DNA of 64,000 nt from Azolla caroliniana. Taxonomy: Eukaryota; Plantae; Polypodiophyta. Numbering within the stretch: position 1 is the stretch's first letter; each line of letters starts with the position of its first letter. A program made the position numbers and the translations under genes. Below, piece by piece: positions 1 through 11,847 of the stretch. The notes beneath the pieces were generated by a model. That model made no database searches, had not been told where the DNA came from, and saw nothing but the letters and a program-made list of their open reading frames with translations. The DNA lies in assembly GCA_043228905.1 (NCBI GenBank), contig JBHGNT010000001.1, positions 12,152,001 to 12,216,000 on the forward strand. Direction: 5' to 3'.

Positions 1-1110
1 GCCTTTTAAATGTGCATCCTGCATTGGGCTGATATCCTCATAATTAATTGTTTATGTAAAATGTAGTGGAAGGCAAGGGATAAAATCACATTAAGGTAAA
101 GATCATATTGTTGTATGGGACTTGTACATTTCAATGTCATGCATCTTTAATTGGAAACTAGGGACAAACAGGTTACTAATGTTTCTTCGAATTTGTGTGG
201 AATTTGCTCCCGATTTTAAATGCTCAAGTGGTATGGAATGGTTTGTGTGTGATACATTTGGTCGGTGAAGAATGCTAAAAATGGATGTGGTTTATATAGA
301 TAAATATACTTGTTCTGGGCTTGAAAACAGTGCTTTATTATATGACTAGATGTACTTGCAAGATGCGTCATCTTCAAATATTATTGTGTAAATGTGAGAA
401 TTGTGGTGCTAGATTGGCTATTCAACTATATGCAATTGCAATGGTAAGAGGTTGAATGTGACCACAAGAGCAATCCCCAATAAACATTTATGGTATTTGA
501 GGTGGGTTATATTATAACTAGGAGTGGTATTGTCACCATTGTGATTATGATTATTCGAATCATGAGGGGAAATGACATGGCAATGCTCTTTTGGTACCTT
601 TGGAACAAGTTTCTACAAATGCTCTTCTAGTGAGTGTATCGCAAATCGTGTTGGTGGCACTCTTGGAACTCCTATGTAATGTTAGCACATAGTGTTATTG
701 GCCATTTTAGGCCACCATTGTTGACGGTGAATGTGTTGTCACACAAACTACATACTACTAGGTTTCCCAAGCTTGCACTAGCCGATGAAAGAATCTACGA
801 CATAATTGTGCTTATTTAATGACCAATTGTCTTCGCAAAATTGAGAAGGAAAGCTAAAGTAGTGGCTACCTATGTATTTGTCAGAGTCACATTAACCAAC
901 ATGATTGGGTGTGATTTGACGACCCAAGTGGCCAAAGATCGACACACTCAAGTCTCCATGGACACACATCTAGGAGCCTCATACCAAACAAAAGTATTTG
1001 ACGCCATGGTCATGTGACTCACGTCTACGTTCATGTATGGTGCAAACATATAGGATTGAGAGCTCCCCTTATACCGTGAACCTAAAAAGGATGACCCCTA
1101 GTTAGGATAT

Positions 1111-1616
1111 TGTTGCGGTGTCGTGATGTGGCGTGGCCAAAGGTAGAAAAGGGAAAACTGGACCATATCCATAGAAATATATGTATATATGAAAAGATAA
1201 ATATAATAAATAAAGTGGATGACTTAGTGGTTAGAGCTATTCACTAGGCTTAAGGTAAGTGTAGCGTTTGGACTAATTATTTCCTTTCCTTTTTCGAAGA
1301 AAGATAGGGAATAAGTGCATTTAATGCTAGAATTAGGGACATCTTTTTTTCTATAAAAAGAGGATAAGAGGGCTTATTTCGAGTCGCTTTTTTTGCGTTT
1401 TGGGGTGTGACATTAGGGTTTCTTTACTTCCTCTTCTTCATTTCTAAAAGGTCGCTCATTTTGGGTTTTAGGAGCGCACCATTAGGAAGTTGTTCATTTT
1501 GTGTTTCGAGAGTTTTATTTTTTTTCTTCTTCATGAGTACTTATGGTTTTTCTTCTCATTTGTCTTCTTGTTCTCAAACGTACATTGCGATTGATTCTCT
1601 AGCGAGCACCGTTACG
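1111..1616 (+). mobile_element. Probable degenerate solo LTR
   Basis: Begins TGTTGCGGTG and ends CACCGTTACG (imperfect terminal inverted repeat); TATA box ctataaaa at ~1351; CT-rich R/U5-like tail. No matching TSD seen. Confidence 0.4.
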
Positions 1617-4187
1617 CGTCGCTGAATTCGAATAAGGGGTTAGGCAAACTCACACGCCAATCATTTGAAGGGAGGACGAAGTGGCACTGGAACACTACTC
1701 TGATTCGATGCATTGTAACCATCGGTTATAGTCACAATCTCGGTGACCCACTTGTCTCGCACCTTCATCGAAAATTAGGCTGACTCCCCAACTTTCATTT
1801 TGTCTCGCACCTTCTAATCATTCATTGTATCACTTCTTGTTACCCTAGTGATCTAATCACTATGTACATTTTGCAACCCTATTTTATAAAGGGATTCTTT
1901 TTCATAATCTATCGTTTCAAGCCTAAAAAGAGGCCCATTTTTTGTCTTAATACTATGCAAACACTTTGTAATCTCGTTTTTCTTGTGTTAATTGTGTATT
2001 TTGATCCTAATTGCATGCATTGATTGTCATCCAACTCTTCATCCCTACGAGACTTCGACTCTAAAGAGTCTTCGACATTGAAAATCTTTCGATTCCTAGG
2101 GAGCCTTTGAGTCTCCAAACATCCACGCCCTTAGAGTCTTTGCATCCTCCCTAGTCCAAGACCCCCATGGTGTCACTTTAGTAGCACATGGATGCACGTA
2201 CTATATGCAACATAATTTGGTGAACTTGACATGAAAGAGGGACAGGGGAGGAAGACAACGACAAAGGAAGATTTCATAGAAATGATCTTGAAGAATATTA
2301 TGAATTTGGCAAGGGAAAGAGAAAAACAAGACGCGGCTCAACATGTTGTCGGGAGCGTGTCGAAACAATCATTTGTTTCAACGGGGACAAAGTCCTAGAT
2401 TTTTTGTAAAGAATTAGGTAAGTAATTAAGGGTTAATTAGTACCTAATTATATGATTAAGTTAAACACGGAAGATTATGTGATATGTGTGTGAGAGGAAG
2501 AGAGAGAGAGAGAGAGAGATATACACTTATGAACAACACAAGATGGGGGATGAGTAACTATATTAAATTAGCTTTATCATCATCAAATACAAAAATACCC
2601 ACAATGAGGTATATATACATCTCATGTGCAAAGGTGCACATGTGTGAGTAGAATATAGGTACTAAGGTGTAAGTCCTATATTAAATGTACTTAGGAGTGG
2701 AGGATCTAGAATATCCCACTTAAGTACAAGGTCCTATTTAAGGCTTTATAGTCAACACTTCTAACTAGATTCTACCTAGGTAACTACGAAGTTACATGGT
2801 TGACTAACTAACTAAATTAAGTTGAGCTTGATCTCTCAACACGCCCCCTCAAGCTCAAGTGTGAGGCGTCTGACATCTGGTTCTGCTTTCGGCGTTGTTC
2901 GACTTTCGGTGTCGGCTTCCGTCCGACCTTCGACTTTGTTCGTCGTAGCAATCTTGGTTCCTCCCCTTCAAGCCGGTGACGAAGGCTTGTAGTGTATGGG
3001 CGAAGGTCGACTACTTCCACCCGTCGTGGGTTATGAGCCGCTTTGGTGGAGCTCTTGGGCTCTTGTTCGGTTGCTACCTTCATCGCGAAGGCGTAATGAT
3101 GGGCCATGTACTCGTTGTAGCCGTGCCGAGTAACAGGGTTCTTAGTTCTAGATGAGCGTCGAAGTTTTTCGCTCGCCGATGTGAGCGCCTTCTTTACTCC
3201 GGGTGTCCGCATGATGGGTACACCAAACTCACTGTCTAGTGAGGGAGCCGATCCATCCGAATCATTGTCGTTGGGGTAGTCGACTTCATATTCAGGCATC
3301 TTACCTTTGCCTTTGTCCAAGTTCATACTTGGCTGCGACGTGCTTGGGTCACATGGGGGCTCTTGTGGCCCACTAGGCTTTGCCATAATCGAACTTTCTT
3401 CGAACATGTGTTCGAAGAGATCTCCAGCTTCTACCTCTTGTTTGGCGGATTTCGGGTCGAGCGGAGTCGGAGTCGAAGTTGTCTCTAATGCGTACCAGGA
3501 TGCGGACTCGTCGAAGACTACGTCTCGACTTACCCAAACCGCTCGGCTAGAAGGGTTGTAGCACTTGTATGCTTTCTTCTCGGACGAGTATCCTATGAGG
3601 ATACATTCCTCCGACTTCGCGTTGGGCTTCTATCATTGTTTGTTCGGGATGCGTACATTCACAATGCTTCCGAACACCTTGAGGTGCAACAGGATTGGTT
3701 TCCTTCCGACGAGGAGCTCGTATGGAGTTAGGTCATGCACTCCATTAGTGGTGCATTGATTCATGAGATAGACGGTCGTGGATGCCGCTTCAGCCCAATA
3801 GAAATTTGGCATGTGCTTCTCATGCATCATGGCGCGTGCTACCTCGAGTATTTGCCAATTTTTCCTTTCGGCAACTCCATTTTGTTGGGGTGTGTGTCGG
3901 CACGAGAATTCTCTCCGAATGCCTTCACTTTGGAGGTAGGAGGTGAATTCGTTAGAGAAGTACTCCTTTCCTCCATCCAATCGTAGGCATCGAATGTGCC
4001 GACCGGTTTCTTTCTCAACTTGACGCTTGAGCTTTTGGAAGTGGGAGAGCACTTCGCTTTTCTTCTTCATTAGGTAGATCCACACATAGCGGGAGTAGTC
4101 GTCAATGAAGGTTACGTAGTATCAGCATTCGATGATCATCGGCGTTTGAGCCGGTTCCCATACATTCGAGTGTATGACGTCGAGGAG

Positions 4188-4659
4188 TGTTAAGAAAACG
4201 TGAAGAAGGCACTCGGGCTCTTCTTTTGTATGCGCGGCGGATCGTAGTGTGCTGGATCGTTAGCGTGCTCTAAACAGACAGAGAAAGGAAAGGGGACTTA
4301 CCTCTGTAGTAGCAAAAATGGTTTTCTTCTATTACATGTAGAGCTCAACTTGCTCTCGTCAGTCTTCTGGTCTCTCACTCTCTCTCAGAGTTCTCTACTC
4401 ACTATTCTCTGTTTTTTCTTACTTCTACTTACTTCCTATTTTCTCTCACTTACTTTTACCTAAGTCATAAGTTATTACACATGCAGCTAATTAGCTGCCA
4501 GTAGCTAATTAGCTGTCAGTCGCTAAATAGTTGTTCACTAGCTAATTAGCTGTCACTAGCTAAATAGTTGTTTTACCTTTTTGTTCACTAGTAGCTAAAT
4601 AGCTACTATAGCTTATTTCTCATAAGCATCACATACCATGTTGAGCTTGCTTCTCAACA
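4188..4659 (-). mobile_element. Solo LTR (copia-type) nested in the copia integrase
   Basis: TGTTAAGAA...TTCTCAACA termini and a perfect AGGAG TSD (4183-4187 / 4660-4664). Its terminus GTTGAGCTTGCTTCTCAACA resembles the host LTR terminus GTTGAGCTTGATCTCTCAACA. Confidence 0.9.
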
Positions 4660-6432
4660 AGGAGGCCTTTGCTTGCGAAGCTCTCCTTCGGGAATGGGAG
4701 TCGATGTTGTTTGCCGAGTTGACACGCTTCACATACTCGGTCGACTCGTTTTAACTCGAATGTCGAAAGTCCGATGACGACTCCCTTGGTTTGCATCTCT
4801 CGTAGCCGTTCAAGGTTTATGTGGCCGATTCTCTTGTGCCACAACTCGATGCTTGTCTCGGTTTTGAGACCTTTGGCGTACATTGCCGATTTCATCTCGT
4901 TCGAATCGAGGATAAACATTCGGTCGTCTCTCTGCCCCTTCACTATGAGTCCGCCATCTTTCTCCATGAAGCATCCTTCTTTGTTGAAGCGGACTTGCAT
5001 GCCTTGCTCCACGATTTGGCGGACGGGGACCAAATTCTTCGTTCTTGTGGGCAAGTGCAAGACATTCTTGATGCAAGTTTGCTTGCCTTCTTTCCCGAAT
5101 GGGACATTGCCGACGTGTCGAATGGGGTGCGTGGTGTCATCCCCCATCTCTATGAAGTCGGGTCGATCCGGCGTTCGTAAATCACGAAACCACTCTTCGT
5201 GAGATGTCATGTGATGTGAGGCACCAGGATCGACGAACCACACGTCTTTCGAGTTGGAGGCCGACATAGAGTTCGCTCTATGCCTCATTACGAATAGTCC
5301 ACCGTAATCATCGTATTCGGAATTAACAGCATAATTCGTAAGTTGTCAACTTGTGGAGGCCGACTTGTTTCTTCTTTTTTGGCACTCCTCGCGGTGGCCG
5401 ATTTTGCCGCAATAGTTGCAAGTTGCAGGCCTCATTTGCCGACCTTGTTCGGCGTGGAAGATCCCCCTTCTTCCGAAGGTTCCTCGATGGCTTCCGTGAA
5501 GGTTTGAGTTCCCTTCGTGCGATGGGCCGAATTGGCCTCTTCTACCGCCTCGACTTCGTCCTCGGTCACCATCCGAATTCGAGAAGAACATTTGTCCTTC
5601 CAATGTCTTGGTTTTGGTTTGGATGTGGTTCTCTTCAACCATTAGCATTGATTGAAGGTCGAAGAACGAAGGAGGATTTTCCCTCGCCAAGATTGTCATC
5701 CTCAACGAGTCAAATCGTTGTGTGAGGCCACCCAAGCATACTTAAACCATCTCATCTTTGTCGACGTTTATTTTGATGGACCCAAGCGAGTCGCAAATGC
5801 TCTTGATCTTGGCGGTGTATTCCGACACGGACATATCTTCTTGCCGGATGTTGTTCAACTCTTGTCGGAGTTGAAGCTTTCGGACGGTCGTGTTGGCGGC
5901 AAAAATTTTCTTTAAATTCACCCACGCCTCTTTAGGCATCTTGGTGTGTCGAATGTGGCTAAGCATGTGGTCATGGACACATGTTGCCAAGCAATACATT
6001 ACCCGACTCGCTCCTTGCTCGCATGTTAGGTAGTTGGAGTTTGTGATGTCGGGCTTGTTTTCGAGTGCGCCGTTAATGTAGCTCAAATACCCTTGGCCGA
6101 CGAGGTATTGGGTCATCTTGTACTCCCAATATGAATAATTGCTCCAATCTAGCTTTTCACTAGGGAGCGAGCTACCCATTTGTGTGTTCATGTTGATTAG
6201 TGTCTTCTCTTCTTTTGCTTTACTTCCTTCGATCACGTACACATGCTACATAGCGGCACTACGGTAGCTGATAGCCGGATTTTGTCGTCGGCTTCTCGAA
6301 CACACAATCACGGAGTCAGGTGAGCTTAGTGGATTTTCTAAACCACATGCTCTGATACCATGTAAAGAATTAGGGTTAATTAGTACCTAATTATGTGATT
6401 AAGTTAAGCGCGGAAGATTATGTGATATGTGT

Positions 6433-6487
<55 letters not shown>

Positions 6488-6560
6488 ACACTTATGAACA
6501 ACACAAGATGGGGGATGAGTAACTATATTAAATTAGCTTTATCATCATCAAATACAAAAA

Positions 6561-6671
6561 CCCCCTGATGGACTATGTACTGCTAATAAAACATGACTTC
6601 GTGTGAGTTGTAGCCTTCGGGCGAGCCAAAGATAAAAAATACTAAAGTAGTATAAAAAATAAGAAAAAAAT
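6561..6671 (+). mobile_element. 111-bp non-LTR retroposon fragment (5'-truncated LINE/SINE 3' end) in the copia 5' LTR
   Basis: Absent from the sister LTR; flanked by an 11-bp direct repeat AAATACAAAAA (6550-6560 / 6672-6682); A-rich tail; GCC-TTCG-GGC hairpin. Confidence 0.75.
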
Positions 6672-7964
6672 AAATACAAAAATACCCACAATGAGGTATA
6701 TATACATCTCATGTGCAAAGGTACACATGTGTGAGTAGAATATAGGTAATAAGGTGTAAGTCCTATATTAAATGTACTTAGGAGTGGAGGATCTAAAATA
6801 TCCCACTTAAGTACAAGGTCCTATTTAAGGCGTTATAGTCAACACTTCTAGCTAGATTCTATCTAAGTAACTACGAAGTTACATGGTTGACTAACTAATT
6901 AAACTAAGTTGAGCTTGATCTCTCAACATTTTTTAAAGGCCTGAAATGCCAAAATGAATCAGAGAGATGTGGACATGCAACGAGGCTCAAATGTTTTTGC
7001 TAGGTGGTGGTCGTGTGTATATATGTAGAGGTAAAAAAGCTTCAAGAAGCACACGACTCATGGGAATCCTTCGAGGAAGTGCTAGTAGAAAAGTACAACT
7101 ATGAAGAACCGAAAGGACGAGGTTGGTGCAAGTTCAACCTATGGGTAATATTAGAAAAGGCCCCCCAAAGTGCCACACATACATTCCTAGAGTTTGAGCA
7201 TTGTTTTGCTCAACTCTCGAGGCAGGATCAAAGACTGGTGGGGGTGGATAAGGTCTTAATGTTCGTGAAGTTGATCAATAGAAAGGAAGGGTTGACCATT
7301 GGAGTCCAATTCAAGGACAACGATGGTGTGAATGGACTCATCGAAGATTGGGCCAAAGTGGGAAGAGTATGCCGACCGCACGACAGAAGGGAGACGAGGA
7401 TCTTGGTGACAATGGAGGAGCTCGTGGAGGAAGGTTGACGGAGGTCGAGACGGGTCGAGCCATTGCCTCCTAAGGGAGAGAGCCCAACGCGAAAATGTTT
7501 GATTGTACTCAATTTTGAAGCCTACATAAGGGAGGCATAGGATAGCTAAAAGGGACAAGTTGAAACTTAAATGAAGCGTGCAAAGGAGCCAGACCCAAGG
7601 GAAAGAGTGGAAGTCACCTCCCCAACAATGCAGACTAATGAAGCGGTTGATATGAATGCCCAAAGATGATGGTACTGATATGAATGCCCATTTATGGACT
7701 CAATACTGTGCAAGCCCTTTGTATTTCCGTTTTTCTTGTGCTAATCACATATTTTGATCCTAACCACGTGCGTTAATCGTCGTTCGACTCGTCACTCCCT
7801 TTGACTCCTACAAACCTTCGACTTTGAAAAGCTTTCGAGTCTAGATAGCCTTTGACTCTGAAACTCTTTCGACTCCTAGGGAGTCTTTGAGTCTCCAAAC
7901 GTCTGTGCCCTAGTCCAAGACCCCTGTGGTCCCACTCAAGTAGCACACGCACACATGTTTACGT

Positions 7965-8230
7965 AGAGCCTCCACCCCAAAAGAGATCATTTGAGTTGAA
8001 TCAGGCACAATTGCCATGATGATGGTAGAAGCATTGTTCCAAGGCAATGAACCCCATCAACCAAAACCCTAACCAATGACACCTCAAAGAATTACATGTA
8101 ACGCTTTGAAAGGATTGAAGGAAACCGCAAGCAACAAACCACAGAGAAGAAGCATGGTAACACAGAGGTGATGAAGTGGTTCAACTATAATGGCCTTGAC
8201 ATCGGGAGAACTTGGGGCCCTTCTGATGTT
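7965..8230 (+). mobile_element. LINE 3' fragment
   Basis: Similar to ~50880-51120 (atgatggtagaagcatt...aatggccttgacat), which lies downstream of a LINE RT remnant. Confidence 0.5.
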
Positions 8231-8244
8231 CTATGTAAGCAACA

Positions 8245-8440
8245 TGTATGGATGTATGGATGGATAGATGGGTGTATGTAGGTAGGTAGGGAAAGGGAAC
8301 GTATGTTTGTAACGTATGTATGTACATATGTAATGTATGTATGTATGTATGTATGTATAATGTATGTATCAGTATGTATGTATGTATCAGTATGTATGTA
8401 ATGTATGTATGTATGGTGGGTGGGTGGGAGAGTATGTAGT
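8245..8440. repeat. Imperfect (TATG)n microsatellite upstream of calmodulin
   Basis: Direct reading of the sequence. Confidence 0.9.
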
Positions 8441-8587
8441 CTTTGCATGAATTGAAATGGCCATGGCTCGATTCACGCCCACGCCCACGCCCACCATCAC
8501 CACTACAACAACAACAACAGCCATTTCTTTCTCCCTCCCTGCCTGCCTTTCTTGCTCCCTCCGTTGTGCTCTCTCAAGCACACAGCC

Positions 8588-11500
8588 ATGGCGGAGCAAC
8601 TCTCAAGCGACCAGATTTCAGAGTTCAAGGAAGCTTTCAGTCTCTTCGACAAAGATGGAGACGGTACTCTCTCTCCACATATCCTTTTGTCTAATCCTTC
8701 CTTCCTTCCTTCCTTCTTCTTTGTGGTCCTTTTTAAAAATGTATTCGATCATTATCATGTACATTGCACACAGATCTTCATGAATGCACTCTCCCCCATA
8801 CGCTTTCTTCTTTTTAATTCCTGTTTTATTTGCCTGTGATGATTGTGGTATACGTTACACAGATCTTCATGAATACTTCTCTTCCATGTAATTCCCTTCT
8901 TCCTCGTTTACAATCCGTTACAATAAATTCTCAGGATTCTGATCTTCAATTTTTATTGTTTCGTTTTTCTTTTTCCTGTAGGGTTTTCTTTGTTTTGTAG
9001 ATCTGTAGGATGCAAATCCTGGCCTTTTTCCTCATCTCACATGCCATCTTTATTCTGCATTTCTTAAAATCCAGGCTTAATTTTGAGTTGATCTCCATTC
9101 TGCATTTCTGTTTTTGGCTTTTAAAATTCATTCCCTGAATACCGATCTTTATTCATCGTAGTGTGCAATTCATTTTGTGTTTTAGTTCTTTTTTGTTCTA
9201 ATAGATACCTATTCCCCATTAGGTTTCAGGTAAAGTTTGGAGTTAATCCTGATTCTGCATTTTTATACAGCTTTCAAGTTATGTTTTTGAGTTAGTGTTC
9301 CTTTTGAGGAAGCTTGTTTACAGAAAACCATTTCTTTGGGTAAATGTTCATTATGCAATCGAGCGTTTGTGTTCCTTTTCCTAGTTAATTTTAAGCATTA
9401 TTACATTTTAAGCTTAGTTTTGAGCAAGAACTTCTTATTTTACTGTACCTTCATTCTGCAATTTTTTTTAGAGTCAAGCTCACCGTTTTGCCTTTGTTTT
9501 TATCAGTATGCATTCCTTTCTTTCATTTCCTTTTTCTTCTTTCTCTTCCTTCTCTTTTCCAATCTTTAACATCATTTCATCATGGCGTATCTCAGATATG
9601 TTTGCCACTTTAATAATGTTTCTTGTAGATAAAAATAAAGAGAGAGATGTTTTTTCTCATAATGGAATCACAGCGTATATTTGATTCATTTGCCACGTTA
9701 ATAATGTTTCTCGTAGATAAGAAGAAAGAGAGATGTTTTTTCTCATAATAGAAAGAATGGAGACCTTTGTATGGCAATGAGGCCCCTTCTAGTGGATATT
9801 TCTAGTACATCAGAATAACAAAAAGTTTTTTTTAATTGAGAATGTCTTTCAGGGAAATTACTTTTCTACCAATTTCTTCATACATCAGAAGAGAAATCCT
9901 CCCAATAGGCATATGATAGGTAGAGGAGACTAAGAAGTGTTGTAACTAAGTGGATTTTACATACAATTAATATAATTGTGTGCTTTACCCAAAAAAAAAA
10001 AGAAATCCTCCCAATAGAAGGAATGCTTTGTATAAAATTGATCAAACAAAACTGTATGTGCATGAAACTGTTTGGGCAAAAGCTAATATCGAAAGAAGAT
10101 ATTTCTAGGATCAGTCTGGCAAAGTAAGAAAATAGATGACCTATTGATCCAAATTTCGGTGCCTAAATTCAGTGTATGAAGCAAATTGTCTTCGATGCTT
10201 TAGGAAACCAGTTTTGATATCCTAAACTTTGTGAAAAGGCTATTATCATGATCTTAAATTTATATACTAACTAGATCCCTCGTAAATACCCAATCTTGAT
10301 CCAATTTATCTATCGAGATTCTGCAACCATCTTTCAATGCTTATCAACCTTTCTTCGTCTTCAATTGTTAGTGGTAATGCAATTCAGCGGCAGGAATTTT
10401 CTAGCTTGCCGTTTTCAGTTCTTTATCATTGTCTTCATCTTTAATATGAGACATCACCACGTGTGAACTTAAAGTTATGGGAAAACCCCAAAATACCTTT
10501 GAGTTTTAAGTTTTTTCCCCCTCAGATGTTAAAATTCTAAGGTACTTGGGAGTTTTTTCCTAAGTTCATTTATATACCATGAACTTTAAAGATGTATCAC
10601 TGTCTTTAACATCACTGCGCATGATCTTAAATTTATAGTAAGAAGACACGTCTATGAAAACACAATGCTGTCAGTTTAACTCTGTAAATTGCTTATAGTG
10701 ATTATCAATCATAGAATCATGACTTCAAATTGATAATATGAAGACATGTCTGATGAAAACACAATGCTGTGAGTTTAACTCTGTAAATTGCTTTTCATGC
10801 GTACCAATCATAGAAAAATCATTTTGATTGTTCTTTGGTTTGATACCCAAAGTTTTAGAATGTCAGATATATCGCAACACATTCTGGCTATGACGACTAT
10901 CATGATATTGATGGTATGGACAATGTCTTTCTACTCACGTTTGTTGCTCATTGTCAGCCTTTTAAGAAACATAGAATCTTGATTTGTCACTGTTTCTTGT
11001 ATGACGTACCATATAATAAATACGTGAAAGTCTAACATAGCAAAGTATTAATGATTTGAGGGTATTGGTGCTTGATCTTTACCATCATGGTTAGAAGCTT
11101 TAGATTTGACATTAAAATGTCAGTTTTTTCTTCTTCCCTTATGTAGGTTCTAGCTATTATATTAATACTATCAGCTTCAGTTTCTTCTTATGTTACTTCT
11201 TTTGTTTTGGCTATGGCGGTAAAGCCCTTGGTTCTTTTTTTGTTACATTTGTTTACATTTTAGCTATGACATGAAAACCTTGTTCCATTTTTTGTCATGT
11301 ATTTAGGCTCTAGCTATGACATTTAAACCTTCGCTAGTTTTCATTATGTTATTGTTTAGTGGTTCTTGCGAGGCCATCAAAAGCTTAGTCCCTTTTTGAT
11401 TCTTTCCCTTATTTACTTGTTTAGTGGTTCTGGGTATGCCATTAAATTTTAAAAATTTAATGTCCTTGTTTAGGTTGTATTACAACAAAGGAGCTAGGTA

Positions 11501-11847
11501 CAGTGATGAGGTCTCTAGGCCAAAATCCTACAGAAGCTGATCTTCAAGAGATGATAAATGAAGTGGATGCCAATGGAAACGGAACCATTGATTTCGCCGA
11601 GTTTTTGAAACTTATGGCTCAGAAGATGAAAGATACAGATTCTGAAGAGGAACTCAAAGAAGCTTTTCGGGTCTTCGATAAAGATCAAAATGGTTTCATC
11701 TCGGCTCAAGAACTAAAACATGTTATGACCAACTTGGGAGAGAAGCTAACGGATGAAGAAGTGGATGAAATGATTAAAGAGGCAAACGTTGATGGAGATG
11801 GACAGATAAATTATGAAGAGTTTGTGAAGGTGATGATGGCTAAATGA
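8588..11847 (+). CDS. CAM: Calmodulin, 149 aa; exons 8588-8663 and 11474-11847
   Basis: [26 protein letters not shown]|[19 protein letters not shown]...FVKVMMAK. Single GT-AG intron at the conserved plant position after nt 76; 76+374 = 450 nt. Confidence 0.97.

Larger units (their letters stand above)
2405..6928 (-). mobile_element. Ty1/copia LTR retrotransposon, non-autonomous (gag-PR-integrase, no RT/RNase H)
   Basis: LTRs at 2405-2841 and 6361-6928 (TG...CA), TTTTT TSD. tRNA-iMet PBS TGGTATCAGAGCA at 6360-6348 (-). PPT GAGGGGGCG next to 2841. Gag (EKLDWSNYSYW; knuckle CNYCGKIGH), protease WFVDPGASHHM, GAG-pre-integrase (LWHKRIGH...CEACQLGKQ) and integrase (DGGKEY; TPQQNGVAERKN), with several stops and frameshifts. 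Confidence 0.93.
1682..7960 (+). mobile_element. Old degenerate LTR retrotransposon (gag remnant, tRNA-Trp-type PBS), interrupted by the copia element
   Basis: Diverged direct repeats at ~1950-2200 and ~7703-7950. LTR ends ...GCAACA at 2212, followed by TGGTGAACTTGACATGAA (2218-2235), which matches the complement of the plant tRNA-Trp 3' end (TGGTGAACCCGACGTGAA) with 3 transitions. Gag-like reading FNGDKVLDF|LKA*NAKM continues across the copia insertion into ORF 7004-7438. The left boundary is uncertain. Confidence 0.6.

Noticed and set aside
1-1100. Possible decayed pol/integrase sequence
   Set aside because: No motif could be read with confidence.
1217-1275. Fourth tRNA-like cassette (TGACTTAGTGGTTAGAGC) in the putative LTR at 1111
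   Set aside because: A-box-like only; no convincing B-box at the right spacing.
8760-10810. Short duplications in the calmodulin intron (8767/8857, 9600/9690, 10655/10755)
   Set aside because: Ordinary local tandem duplications with no sign of function.
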